Below the pieces are notes generated by a model. It searched no databases and was not told the DNA's origin. It saw only the letters and a program-made list of their open reading frames with translations. A stretch of DNA of 64,000 bases from an uncultured Planctomycetaceae bacterium (GTDB taxonomy: Bacteria; Planctomycetota; Planctomycetia; Isosphaerales; Isosphaeraceae): NCBI GenBank assembly GCA_963833985.1, contig CAWIAD010000002.1:5696001-5760000 (forward strand), written 5' to 3'. A program made the position numbers and the translations under genes. Positions 11,271 through 21,689 of this stretch are shown here, in pieces. How positions within the stretch are numbered: the first letter of the stretch is position 1; the number at the start of each line of letters is the position of its first letter.

Positions 11271-11589
11271 TTCCGGGCCTCGAATCCAGCTTTGGCTGTT
11301 GCTTCGGGGTTGCCGCTCGTCTCGAACCGAAATCACCAGCCTGCCAGTGCCGCGCCACCGGCGATTCTCTGAAAACGGCAGGAATCGTTCTAAACTAACA
11401 TGAGTGGACAGGCGCAACAACGCGCGGCCCCGCGTTTCCGCTCACCGGCGGTGTCCGCGACCGGGAGCGCCCGTACAGGCTTGAGCGGCGGTTGCGGAGG
11501 GGTACCGAACTCGTTATCTTCGTTATCCTGGCCTCATGCTGGGACACCGTTTCGAGCAGAGTCTTGTGAGCAGTTGATTCCTGGATTGC

Positions 11590-12546
11590 ATGATCATGTA
11601 TATCGTGACGGGGGCAGCGGGATTCGTCGGGAGCAACCTGGTGCGTGCGCTCAACGAGCGCGGCGTGCGCGACATCATGGCCGTCGACGACCTGACCCAG
11701 GGCGACAAGTTCCGCAACCTGCGCGATTGCGAGATTGCCGACTACATGGACCGGGCCGACTTCCGGGCGCTGGTGGCCCGGGGTGCCGCGGCCATCAAGC
11801 CCACGGCCATACTGCACCAGGGTGCTTGTGCCGATACGACCGAGCCCGATGGCCGGTTCATGCTGGATAACAATTTCAGCTATTCCAAGGAACTGCTGCA
11901 CTGGGCACTGGAGCGCCGCGTGCCGATGGTGTACGCGTCGAGCGCCTCGGTGTACGGGAATTCCCGGATCTGTGCCGAGACGCCCGATCACGAGGGCCCG
12001 CTGAATGTCTACGCGTACTCCAAGCTGCTCTTTGACAACTACGTGCGGCGATTGATGCCGCAGCTCTCCACGACGGTGGTCGGCCTTCGTTACTTCAACG
12101 TGTACGGCCCGCGCGAGACGTACAAGGGCCGCATGGCCTCGATGGTCTGGCAGCTCTATCACCAGCTCAGGAACAATGGTGTGGCCCGGCTCTTCGAGGG
12201 GACCGACGGTTACGCGGCCGGCGAGCAGCGGCGCGACTTCGTGTTCGTGGGCGATGCCGTGGCGGTGAACCTCTACTTCGCCTCCGCACCGCCGAAGCGT
12301 GGAATCTTCAACGTGGGCACGGGGCAGAGCCGCAGCTTCAACGACATCGCCCGGATCGTGATCGAGCTTCTGGGCCGGGGCGAGATCCAGTACATCCCGT
12401 TCCCGGAGTCGCTGCGCGGCAAGTACCAGAGCTTCACCGAGAGCGACATCACCCGGCTCCGCGGCGCGGGGTACGACCGGGCCATGACCTCGCTCGAAGA
12501 CGGAATTCGCCAGCTTGCCGAACACGTGGGGGAGGAATCTGCCTGA
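11590..12546 (+). CDS. hldD: ADP-L-glycero-D-manno-heptose 6-epimerase
   Basis: VTGAAGFVGSN, HQGACADT, YAYSK, RYFNVYGPRE, KYQSFT. Confidence 0.92.
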   Translation: MIMYIVTGAAGFVGSNLVRALNERGVRDIMAVDDLTQGDKFRNLRDCEIADYMDRADFRALVARGAAAIKPTAILHQGACADTTEPDGRFMLDNNFSYSKELLHWALERRVPMVYASSASVYGNSRICAETPDHEGPLNVYAYSKLLFDNYVRRLMPQLSTTVVGLRYFNVYGPRETYKGRMASMVWQLYHQLRNNGVARLFEGTDGYAAGEQRRDFVFVGDAVAVNLYFASAPPKRGIFNVGTGQSRSFNDIARIVIELLGRGEIQYIPFPESLRGKYQSFTESDITRLRGAGYDRAMTSLEDGIRQLAEHVGEESA

Positions 12547-12547
12547 G

Positions 12548-14032
12548 ATGAGCGTGGCCAAGGGGAAGCTCGAAGCGCTGGTCCGCGGGCTGAAGCCGTG
12601 CCGGATCGCGGTCATTGGCGATGTGATGCTCGACCATTACGTGAAGGGCAATGCCGACCGGCTCAGCCCCGAGGCGCCCATCCAGGTACTCGACGTGACC
12701 GACGAGTTCCAGATGCCCGGCGGCGCCGCGAATGTGGCCATGAAGGTGGTGGGACTGGAGTCGAAGGTGCGGATGGTCGGCCTGATCGGCGCCGACCAGG
12801 CCGCGGCCGACCTGCAAGCACTCCTGGCGTCGCACCCGAGCGTCCACGACAGCCTGGTTGCCGACCCGGGCCGGTCGACCACGATCAAGAGCCGGTTCAT
12901 CGCGCACAACCAGCAGTTGCTGCGGGTGGATCGCGAACGGCGGGCCGTGCCGGATGAATCCGTTCGAGGCAGGCTGGCGCAAGCCGCCCACGATGCGGCA
13001 GCCGAGGCAGACGCCGTGATCCTGGAAGACTACGGCAAGGGCGTGCTCTGCCCGGAGGTCATCTCCGCGGCACTCGAGGGCGCCCGGCGGAAGGGTGCGC
13101 CGGTGGTCGTTGATCCGACGGGGCGTGATTACACCCGCTACGCCGGCGCCACGGTCCTGACGCCGAACCTGAAGGAGGCCTCGCTGGCCGCCGAGCGGCC
13201 GATCACCGATATGGCCAGCCTGGAAACCGCGGGCCGCGTGCTGGTGGAGCAAACCCAGGCGGCAATGGCCATCACCCGCGAGGCCGAGGGCATCTCGCTC
13301 TTCCGACGCCCGCAGGCCGGCGGACAGGTCACGCACACCCACGTGCCGACGATTCCTGTCGCGGTCTTCGACGTCACCGGCGCGGGCGATGCCGTCGCGG
13401 CGACCCTGGCCATCGCCCTGGCCGCCGGCATCGACATGGTCGACGCCTGCGCTCTGGCCAACCTCGCGGGCCGGGCCGTGGTCCGCCAGTTCGGTGTCGG
13501 CACCATCTCGCCCGCGCACCTGATCGCCGAGGCAAGCAGCGAGTCGGCCGACCGGATGGTCAAGCTCGCGGACGTTGCCTCGGCACGCCAGCGCGCCCGC
13601 GAGGTCAAGCAGGCCGGCGGCAAGGTCGTCTTCACCAACGGCTGCTTCGACATTCTGCATTACGGGCATGCCTACCTGCTGCAATTTGCCCGCAGCCAGG
13701 GAGATTTCCTGGTCCTGGGGCTGAACACCGATTCCTCGGTCCAGCGCTTCAAGGGGCCGACCCGGCCCTACGTCTCGGAGGAGCAGCGGGCTTACATGCT
13801 CTCGCTCTATCCCTTCATCGACCTGATCGTGCTCTTCGACGAGGACACGCCGCTGAACCTGATTGAAGCAATACGCCCGGACGTGCTGGTCAAGGGGGGC
13901 GACTACACGCCGGAAACCGTCGTCGGCCGCGACGTGGTCGAGTCGTACGGCGGCAGGGTCGCCATCTGTCCGCGGCTGGAGGGGCTGAGCACGACGGACC
14001 TTGTCCGCAAGATCAAGGACGAGGAACGCTGA
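12548..14032 (+). CDS. hldE: Bifunctional heptose-7-phosphate kinase / heptose-1-phosphate adenylyltransferase
   Basis: GDVMLD..RLSPEAP, DVTGAGD, then VFTNGCFDILHYGH and LVKGGDY. Confidence 0.93.
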   Translation: MSVAKGKLEALVRGLKPCRIAVIGDVMLDHYVKGNADRLSPEAPIQVLDVTDEFQMPGGAANVAMKVVGLESKVRMVGLIGADQAAADLQALLASHPSVHDSLVADPGRSTTIKSRFIAHNQQLLRVDRERRAVPDESVRGRLAQAAHDAAAEADAVILEDYGKGVLCPEVISAALEGARRKGAPVVVDPTGRDYTRYAGATVLTPNLKEASLAAERPITDMASLETAGRVLVEQTQAAMAITREAEGISLFRRPQAGGQVTHTHVPTIPVAVFDVTGAGDAVAATLAIALAAGIDMVDACALANLAGRAVVRQFGVGTISPAHLIAEASSESADRMVKLADVASARQRAREVKQAGGKVVFTNGCFDILHYGHAYLLQFARSQGDFLVLGLNTDSSVQRFKGPTRPYVSEEQRAYMLSLYPFIDLIVLFDEDTPLNLIEAIRPDVLVKGGDYTPETVVGRDVVESYGGRVAICPRLEGLSTTDLVRKIKDEER

Positions 14033-14381
14033 GCACCGCCCCGCGCGGCCTCCTCGCCACCGCCGCTCACGGTGCTCCGCCCCGGATCAGGAAGAAAGCC
14101 GGGTTCGCGTCACTCTCGGTCCACGACCGTGCGATCTTTCTCCATCCGGACATTTGCCAGCGTCCTTGCCGGACCGGCGTGTTCAGTTCGGCCTCGCCGC
14201 ATCCGAGCACAGCCCGGATCAAGGACCGGTTGCCGGGCCGCGCCGAGGCGAGGCGAGGGAAGAGTCGGGCGCCATGGCGCCGGCATTCCGCCATTTCCCT
14301 CGCCGCGCTCGACCGGTTCCCTACAATACAAGATATGGCCCGGATACACGGCGTCGTCGTGTCCATGCGGGCTGAACCTGG

Positions 14382-16424
14382 ATGACGAGAGAGGACGACG
14401 CCTTGTCTCTTCACCGACGGATCGGCAGCCGCCAGCGCTTTCTCGACTACCTGCGACACTACCGCGATCGGATCAGGAACGCGCCGACCGGGCTGCAACC
14501 CGGATCGCCCGGGCAGCCCGACGGCGTACCTTCGCCGGGCGTCGAGGGCTCCGTCCCGGGTAAACCTTCTGGTGCAGGCAAGCACCGCTCGCTTCCTGTC
14601 CTGTACCGCGAACTCTACAGGGTCCTGAAAGGACACCGGCGGACCATCGGCCTGGCGCTTCTGGGGCTCTCGCTGGCGACCTTGCTGAAGCTGGTGCCTC
14701 CCGCGGCCACCAAGCTCGTCATTGATTACGTGCTGCTGGGACGGCCACTGCCTGCGGCCTTCCTTGCGCGGTGCCCGGTGCCGATTCCTGATTCGCCCCG
14801 GCTGCGGCTGCCGTTGCTGGTGGCCCTGGTGTCTCTGATCACCATCGCCGGCACGATGGTTGGCCTCTGGAGCCGCTGGCTGGCGACGCTTGCCACCAAG
14901 CGCGTACAGGTGTCCGTGCGCCGGAGAGTCTACGAACACGCAATGCGGCTGCCCCTGCACCGGGTGTATCAGCTCAAGTCGGGCGGTGCGTCGAGCCTGC
15001 TGCGCGAGGACGCCGGCGGTGTGGGCGAGCTCGTCTTCAGCATGCTGTATAACCCCTGGAGAGCCGTGGTCCAGTTCGTGGGCGGGCTGGTCGTGCTTGC
15101 CTGGGTCGATTGGCGCCTGCTCGTGGGCGCGCTCTGCATGGTACCCGGCGTTTATTATTCGGACCTGGTCTGGAACCGGCGGATCCGGCCGCTCTTTCGC
15201 GACGTCCGCAAGAAGCGGCAGGAGATCGACAGCGAGACCACCGAGGTCTTTGGCGGCATGCGCGTGGTCCGGGCATTCGGCCGGCAGAAGAGTGAATCCG
15301 CCCGCTTCATGGGCGAGAACCACCTCATGAGCCGGCTGGAGCTGCACGTCTGGTTGATCTCCCGGATGATCGAGCTGCTCTGGGAGTTCGTGCTGCCGCT
15401 GGCCTCGGTCATCCTGCTGCTCTACGGTGGTTTCCAGGTCCTGGAAGGCAAGCTCTCGCTGGGCGACCTGATGATGTTCCTGGTGTACCTGACAATGCTC
15501 CTGGAGCCGATGGCGGTGCTGGCCACCAGCGTGACCCAGTTTCAGAACAATCTCTCGGGCTTCGACCGCGTGCTCGACCTGCTGGAAGAGCCGCGCGAGA
15601 TGGCCGACCGCCCGGGTCACCGCCTGGTCCGCAAGGCGTCGGTCGCCGGCCGTCTTTCTCTCGCAAACGTCGGCTTCGCCTATCCGGGAACGAGCCGGCA
15701 GGTGCTACGCGGCATCGATCTGGAAGTCGAGCCCGGCGAGACGATTGCGCTGGTGGGCCGGAGCGGCTCGGGCAAGACCACGCTCTGCAACCTGATCGCC
15801 CGGTTCTACGACCCGACCACGGGCACCGTCCGCCTTGATGGCAACGACCTCCGCGACATCGAGGTGGAGAGCTACCGCAGGCTCCTGGGAATCGTCGAGC
15901 AGGATGTGTTCCTGTTCGATGGCACGATCGCGGAGAACATCGCCTACGGCGATCGCCGGGCCACCGAGGCGCAGATCGCCCGCGCGGCACTGGCCGCGAA
16001 CGCTACCGAGTTCATCGATCGTCTGCCCGACCGCTATGACACTTTCATCGGCGAGCGCGGCGTGCGGCTCAGCGGAGGACAGCGACAGCGCCTGGCGATC
16101 GCGCGCGCCCTCCTTGCCGACCCGCGCCTCTTCATCCTCGATGAGGCCACCAGCAATCTTGACACCGAGAGCGAGCGCCTCATCCAGCAGAGCCTGGCCC
16201 GGCTGCTGGAAGGCCGCACGTCGTTCGTCATCGCTCATCGCCTGAGCACCATCCGCCACGCCGACCGCATCCTCGTGCTCGACGCCGGTACCATCGCCGA
16301 GATCGGCACGCATCAGGAGCTGATGAGCACTGGAGGGTCGTACCGCGACATGGTCGAGCTTCAGAGGCTCGAGAGCGGGGTGACGCTCCTGCCGTCGGAA
16401 GGCCGGGGAGGGGAGTTCGGCTGA
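14382..16424 (+). CDS. ABC exporter, fused permease + ATP-binding domain
   Basis: TM domain; Walker A GRSGSGKT, LSGGQRQR, ILDEAT, IAHRLST. Confidence 0.92.
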   Translation: MTREDDALSLHRRIGSRQRFLDYLRHYRDRIRNAPTGLQPGSPGQPDGVPSPGVEGSVPGKPSGAGKHRSLPVLYRELYRVLKGHRRTIGLALLGLSLATLLKLVPPAATKLVIDYVLLGRPLPAAFLARCPVPIPDSPRLRLPLLVALVSLITIAGTMVGLWSRWLATLATKRVQVSVRRRVYEHAMRLPLHRVYQLKSGGASSLLREDAGGVGELVFSMLYNPWRAVVQFVGGLVVLAWVDWRLLVGALCMVPGVYYSDLVWNRRIRPLFRDVRKKRQEIDSETTEVFGGMRVVRAFGRQKSESARFMGENHLMSRLELHVWLISRMIELLWEFVLPLASVILLLYGGFQVLEGKLSLGDLMMFLVYLTMLLEPMAVLATSVTQFQNNLSGFDRVLDLLEEPREMADRPGHRLVRKASVAGRLSLANVGFAYPGTSRQVLRGIDLEVEPGETIALVGRSGSGKTTLCNLIARFYDPTTGTVRLDGNDLRDIEVESYRRLLGIVEQDVFLFDGTIAENIAYGDRRATEAQIARAALAANATEFIDRLPDRYDTFIGERGVRLSGGQRQRLAIARALLADPRLFILDEATSNLDTESERLIQQSLARLLEGRTSFVIAHRLSTIRHADRILVLDAGTIAEIGTHQELMSTGGSYRDMVELQRLESGVTLLPSEGRGGEFG

Positions 16425-16461
16425 AGCCATGATCGGCCTGCGTGGGCCGACCAGAAGACGC

Positions 16462-17048
16462 CTATCCACCAGGAGTGTCGATCAGTGCCTGTAACCGCGC
16501 GGCCAGCTCGGATGGAAAGCGCCGGCACCAGTCGCTGTCGATCAGCCCGACTTCCAGCAGATCACGCAGGTGCGTCCTGTCCTCGTCACGATACGCCGTC
16601 AGCTTGATGCGCACGAGCGCCTCGAGATCGAGCACGCGAAACTCATCCGAGGGAACAGATTCGGTCACGTCCGGGTTGGGGAGACTCTCTTCGGGGCGAA
16701 CCTTCTCGCCAGCGAAGACGATGTGAATGGCATCACGGGGCCGGGCGTCGGGACCATCGAGAAACAGGTCGAGACCCGCGCTATGCTTGTAGACAAAGCC
16801 GGCCGCGGACAGGGCAGCCTGGACGGCATCAAGGTCTGACCGGCGATCAGGATGTCGACATCCCGCGTGTTGCGTACCGCCGCTTCGTCCACGCGAGTCA
16901 CCCAGACGGCCACGGCGTTCCCTCCGCAGACCGCATAGGGGATAGCCGCGTTCTCCAGGGCCGTCGCCCCCCGCAGGAGACGCTCGCGAACTTTCTCCAC
17001 CGCACGCACCAGCCGTTCCAGGGAGAAAGGGCCGAGAATTGGAGCCAT
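16462..17048 (-). pseudogene. Nucleotidyltransferase-fold protein, frameshifted near 16845
   Basis: YAVCGGNAV..RNTRDVDIL in one frame; continues SDLDAV..KLTAYRDEDRTHL in another. Confidence 0.75.
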
Positions 17049-17116
17049 GCCCGGGTGGGACCTCTGGGAACATTCCTGCGGGAAAGGACGTCGCTCAGAG
17101 CCAGATCATAGCACCC

Positions 17117-18478
17117 TCATCGTCTGCGCGTCACGACCACCTTGACGCCGTGAGCAGGTCGCAAGGTCATGCTGGGCAGGGGCGTGACATGGGCATCGGG
17201 GGCGAGCTCGAGGCGAAACCGCCGGGCGATGGTTGCCAGCAGCAGGGCAGATTCCATGAGCGCGAAGTTGTTGCCGATGCAGATTCTCGGCCCGCCGCCG
17301 AACGGAAAATACGCGTAGCGGTGAATCCGGTCCTGGAGACCATTGTTCCAGCGCTCGGGCCGGAAGGTCTCCGGCTCGTCGAACCAGCGGGCGTCGCGGT
17401 GGATCGTCCACTGGGGCATGAACACCGTTGTGCCGGCCGGAATCGGGTAGCCGGCGATCTCCACCGGCTCGATGTTCTCTCGTCCCACCATCCAGACCGT
17501 GGGATAAACCCGCAGGGCCTCGTTCACCACGAACCCGGCGTACTTCAGACGCGGCAGGTCCGCGAGCGTGGGCGGTCGATCGCCCAGCACGGCGTCAAGC
17601 TCGGCGTGCAGCCTGGCCTCGGCCTCGGGATGATGGGCCAGCAGTAACCAGACCCAGGCCAGCGTGTTGGCCGTGGTCTCGTGCCCGGCCATGAACAGTG
17701 TCATGGCCTCATCGCGGAGCTGCTGGTCCGTCATCCGGGCGCCACTTTCCTCGTCCTGCGCATGCAGCAGCATCGAGAGCAAGTCGCCCCGATCTTCACC
17801 ACTCCGCCGGCGGGCCGCGATGATCGCCAGGATGATCGCATCGAGCCGGCGGGCCGCGCGCTCGACGCGCAGGTTCGAGAGCGTGGGGACCCAGTGGGGG
17901 ATGGGAATCAACTGGCCCATGCGGTTCATCGAGGTGTGCAGCAGGGTCTCCATCGCCGCGCTGGCACCGGCCGTATCGCTGCCGATCTCGGCGGCGAAGA
18001 GCGTGCGGGCCACGATCTCCAGCGTCAGCCGCATCATGTCGGCCTGGACGTCGCGCGATTGGCCGTCTTGCCAGCCTTCCAGCATCCGCAGCGTGGAATC
18101 CACCATCATCTCGGCATAAGAGGCAATCCGCTCGCGATGGAACGCGGGCTGAGCCAGGCGCCGCTGTGTCCGCCAGAATTCGCCCTCGCTCGTGAGCAAG
18201 CCGCTGCCCAGGGTCCTCCTCGTACTGCGGAGCCGGTAATGCTTGATGAACTTACGGTTCTGTGAGACGAGCACGTCCTCGACGAGGTCGGGATGGTGCA
18301 GGAAGATGATGCTCCTGGGCCCGAACCGTGCCTGCACGATGTCGCCGTACTGACGATGCCAGCGCGTGAGTGCCCCCAGTCGATCACGGGCGAACTCGCG
18401 CAGGTTACCCGCGAGCCAGTGCTGCCTCGGCCCCGGCGGCCGCTCGCTCCTCTTTGCCTCAGCGGTCCTTGTACTCAT
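17117..18478 (-). CDS. Cytochrome P450
   Basis: AGHETT, EALR, PERW, heme motif FGGGPRICIG. Confidence 0.95.
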   Translation of the reverse strand: MSTRTAEAKRSERPPGPRQHWLAGNLREFARDRLGALTRWHRQYGDIVQARFGPRSIIFLHHPDLVEDVLVSQNRKFIKHYRLRSTRRTLGSGLLTSEGEFWRTQRRLAQPAFHRERIASYAEMMVDSTLRMLEGWQDGQSRDVQADMMRLTLEIVARTLFAAEIGSDTAGASAAMETLLHTSMNRMGQLIPIPHWVPTLSNLRVERAARRLDAIILAIIAARRRSGEDRGDLLSMLLHAQDEESGARMTDQQLRDEAMTLFMAGHETTANTLAWVWLLLAHHPEAEARLHAELDAVLGDRPPTLADLPRLKYAGFVVNEALRVYPTVWMVGRENIEPVEIAGYPIPAGTTVFMPQWTIHRDARWFDEPETFRPERWNNGLQDRIHRYAYFPFGGGPRICIGNNFALMESALLLATIARRFRLELAPDAHVTPLPSMTLRPAHGVKVVVTRRR

Positions 18479-18482
18479 GAGC

Positions 18483-18670
18483 CTCTCCCAGACTCTCCCG
18501 CTCTCAACCCGCTGCCCACTGCCTACCGCCTACTCTTGACAGGCAAGAATGCCTGTCCTCCACTGCCTGCCTACTGCCTACTCTTGACAGGCAAGAATGC
18601 CTGTCCTCACCTTCCACTCCACTGCCTACTGCCTACCGCCTACTCTTGACAGGCAAGAATGCCTGTCCTC
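18483..18670. repeat. REP-like cluster: three identical 33-bp hairpin units within CTGCCTA heptamer repeats
   Basis: GCCTACTCTTGACAGGCAAGAATGCCTGTCCTC at 18528-18560, 18576-18608, 18638-18670; stem GACAGGCA/TGCCTGTC. Confidence 0.9.
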
Positions 18671-18855
18671 CCCTTCCTCTTGTTGGTGAGCGTCACGCTT
18701 GGCTGGCCCGTGCCGCCGCCGGAAGTCGAGTCGGTGAGCTGATTGCCGCGAATCCCCGTGAATCGAACTGCCGGCACGCTCAAGGCTTCACCATCCTGTG
18801 CAGTTTGCCCGCGATCAGAGGAATGTCCCTTTCAGCCTTCCTGAGCACGCTATAA

Positions 18856-21099
18856 CCTACTTTCCGCACATCTCCCTTTGATTTCCCCGAATTCGACCTG
18901 AGGCCATCTTCTCAGACGCGGCCCCAGGGTCGGTAAACATCTACAAGTCGATCGGCACGGGGACCTTGTTCGGTTCAGATGGTTCGCCAACCGGACCGTT
19001 CCTGAACTCGAGCCATTCTTCGCCTTGTCTTATGACTTGGCAATGTCCAGCCGCGCGCCGCGATTCTCGCCGCGACGACTTGTGACACGGGCTATGAGCG
19101 TAAGTTGAGCGGCTCACAACTTACGTCAAGGCAAATTGTCATAAGTGAATCACAAGATTTTTTGTCCTTGACGTCCCGATCTCCTCCGCCATCATTGCGG
19201 CAAGCCCTGCGGCGGTCGGCCTGCTCCCCTCACGGCCCTGGAAGGCCCGGCGGCGGACACCGGCCAACTCGCTGCAAACCCTCCGGAGATGATCCGCATG
19301 AACGAACCTCAACGACCGCGCCAACCCGGCGAGACGGCCCGCTCGAAGGGACGCACGCGCACGCTCAACACGCGGCGGATTGCCGCCGTGCCCATCCTGG
19401 AACACTTCCTGAGTCGGCTCCGCCTTCGCGAGTTTCTCTGCGACCACCTGCCCCATGAGGACGGCCGCACTCGGGTCCCCACGGCCACGGCCTTGCTCGT
19501 CCTGCTGCGCAACCTGCTGATCTCGCGTGAGCCACTCTATGGTGTCGGTGAGTGGGTGGCCCGCCATGAGCCGAAACTGTTCGGGTTGTCCGATGTCCAA
19601 GTCGCCGCAATGAACGACGATCGAGTTGGCCGGGCCCTCGACCGTCTCTTCGACGCCAATCTCTCGGGGTTGGCCCTGAAGGTCGCGGCCCATGCCGTAC
19701 GCGAATTCGACGTCAGCCTCGACCAGTTACACAACGACTCGACCACCATCACTTTCCACGGTGACTACGAGTCGGCGGAGGCGGAGCGAACCCTGCGGGG
19801 ACAATTGCGGTTGGCGGTGACCTGGGGTCATAACAAAGACCACCGCCCCGACCTCAAGCAGCTACTCTACATCCTCACCGTGACCGGCGACGGTGCCGTC
19901 CCGGTGCACTTTCGCGTCGAGAGCGGCAACGCCACCGACGACCGCTCTCACCAGGAGACCTGGGAGTTGCTCTGTCAACTGACCGGACGCCGAGACTTTC
20001 TCTACATCGCCGACTGCAAGCTGGCCACCACCGAGAACATGGCCTATCTGCATCAGCGCGGCGGTCGGTTCCTCAGCGTGCTGCCGCGAACTCGCAGTGA
20101 GGACGGTGCCTTCCGCGGCGCCGTACTCCGGGGAGAGATCCAGTGGCGATGGACCCACGACAAGTACGACGACAAGGGACAGTTGACCGACCGCTTCTCG
20201 ATCTGCAAACCTGCGAGCCAGACCACCGAGGGTTACCGGCTGATCTGGTATCACAGCACACGCAAGGCCGAGTTGGATGCGGAGGTACGGCTGACCCGGC
20301 TGGAGAAGGCGTTGAAACGACTGGACGAACTGCGTGCCAAGCTCGCCTCGTCCCGAACCCGGTACCGCAGTCGAGCCAAGGTCGCCGAGGCGGTCGAGGA
20401 GCTGCTCCGAGACTGTGAGGTCACCGAGTGGATCTCGGTCGAGATCGAGGAGCAGGTCACCGAAAAGTTCCGCCAGGAGCGACGCGGCCGGCCTGGACAG
20501 GACACGCGGTACGTCCGAGAGGAGAAGCTCCGTTACTCGTTGAAGCATCGGATTGAGTTGGAGCGACTGGATGAGGAGGCCCGCTGTGATGGCATTTTCC
20601 CGCTGGTGAGCAACGAATCGAAGATGACGGAGCAGGATCTGCTCTTGGCCTACAAACAGCAACCGGCCATCGAACGACGGTTCGAGCACCTGAAGACTGA
20701 CTTCGTGGTAGCGCCTATGTACCTGAAGGAGGTGAGTCGGATTCAGGCCTTGCTCTGCGTGTACTTCTTCGTGTTGCTGGTCGAGGCGCTGTTGGAGCGA
20801 GAACTCCGCCGCGCGATGGAACGAGCGGGAATCGAGAGCCTGCCACTGTATTCCGAAGGTCGGGCCTGCCGACGCCCGACGGCTCGAAAAGTGATCGACC
20901 TGTACGAGGACGTTCAAGAGCATTCCCTGAAGGCTGGGAAACGCCCTCTTGAGGTGTTCAGCACAGAGTTAACTCGGCTCCAGAAGAGAATCCTGCGCCT
21001 GCTGGGGATACCCAAAGCCTACGAGATTTGAGCCTGACAGGCCGAAAGACGGCACACGGAAATTAGGAGATAGTCAAGGCGAGATGTGCGGAAAGTAGG
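18856..21099 (+). mobile_element. IS1634-family insertion sequence, 2244 bp
   Basis: Perfect 19-bp TIRs CCTACTTTCCGCACATCTC (18856-18874, 21081-21099); target duplication CTATAA (18850-18855, 21100-21105). Confidence 0.92.
19289..21031 (+). CDS. IS1634-family transposase
   Basis: NDDRVGRALD, HNDSTT, GHNKDHRPDLKQ, YIADCKL, YKQQPAIERRFEHLK. Confidence 0.9.
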   Translation: MIRMNEPQRPRQPGETARSKGRTRTLNTRRIAAVPILEHFLSRLRLREFLCDHLPHEDGRTRVPTATALLVLLRNLLISREPLYGVGEWVARHEPKLFGLSDVQVAAMNDDRVGRALDRLFDANLSGLALKVAAHAVREFDVSLDQLHNDSTTITFHGDYESAEAERTLRGQLRLAVTWGHNKDHRPDLKQLLYILTVTGDGAVPVHFRVESGNATDDRSHQETWELLCQLTGRRDFLYIADCKLATTENMAYLHQRGGRFLSVLPRTRSEDGAFRGAVLRGEIQWRWTHDKYDDKGQLTDRFSICKPASQTTEGYRLIWYHSTRKAELDAEVRLTRLEKALKRLDELRAKLASSRTRYRSRAKVAEAVEELLRDCEVTEWISVEIEEQVTEKFRQERRGRPGQDTRYVREEKLRYSLKHRIELERLDEEARCDGIFPLVSNESKMTEQDLLLAYKQQPAIERRFEHLKTDFVVAPMYLKEVSRIQALLCVYFFVLLVEALLERELRRAMERAGIESLPLYSEGRACRRPTARKVIDLYEDVQEHSLKAGKRPLEVFSTELTRLQKRILRLLGIPKAYEI

Positions 21100-21211
21100 C
21101 TATAACCGAAGGTCGCATAGAATTATTGCGGGGAAAAAGATACACCTATTCCTCTCAGGTTGCCGATAAGCGCCGAGTGGTACATCTTCTTATCACGCGC
21201 GGAGCTTTTCC

Positions 21212-21550
21212 ATGGCAGCGATCCGAATGGCATTTCTGTTGGTTCCCGCCCTTTCCCTATCGATTGCTCAACAAGCCTCCGCAGAAGAAAGCTCCCCTGC
21301 AGGGAAAAACTATGTGAAATGGTCACCAGGCTCGACATTTGCTGTTAAGATGCACTTTAATGAAGACTTTTCGTTTGATTACTCTGATAGCAATGGATAC
21401 GAATTCAAAGGCTTCTGGGGCCTGACAGACTCTGGCACTACACTTTACACGAAGAACACTCCCTACAAGCCACCTATTTTCTTTAAAGGATTCAACCCCG
21501 TCGGGCGTAGTGTAGACCAACTTGGTAACTTGTTAGATTATCAAAAGTAA
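21212..21550 (+). CDS. Small secreted hypothetical protein, AT-rich
   Basis: GGAG RBS, signal peptide ending ASA, aromatic-rich mature part; markedly lower GC than flanks. Confidence 0.6.
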   Translation: MAAIRMAFLLVPALSLSIAQQASAEESSPAGKNYVKWSPGSTFAVKMHFNEDFSFDYSDSNGYEFKGFWGLTDSGTTLYTKNTPYKPPIFFKGFNPVGRSVDQLGNLLDYQK

Positions 21551-21689
21551 CGATGGCTTGAGACACGAAATAATTTGCCTATTTCCACGGAAGGCCTGAA
21601 GGGGTCGTTGCTTTTCTCCGACGACAACTTGGCAATCTGGGATAGACGCTGTGATCATGCTTTCTCTTGAATTTATGCCTGGCTCGGGA

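Noticed and set aside
14382..18478. Secondary-metabolite cluster (ABC exporter + P450)
   Set aside because: The genes are convergent, separated by an unrelated gene, and no core biosynthetic enzyme or precursor peptide is evident.
18528..18670. CRISPR array (33-bp palindromic repeats)
   Set aside because: Spacers are 15 and 29 bp and built from shared heptamers; a dispersed copy exists at 23103; no cas genes.
21100..21560. Integron cassette or dif module around the AT-rich gene
   Set aside because: GTTAGAT is present, but no complete attC pairing or two-armed dif site could be built, and no integrase is present.
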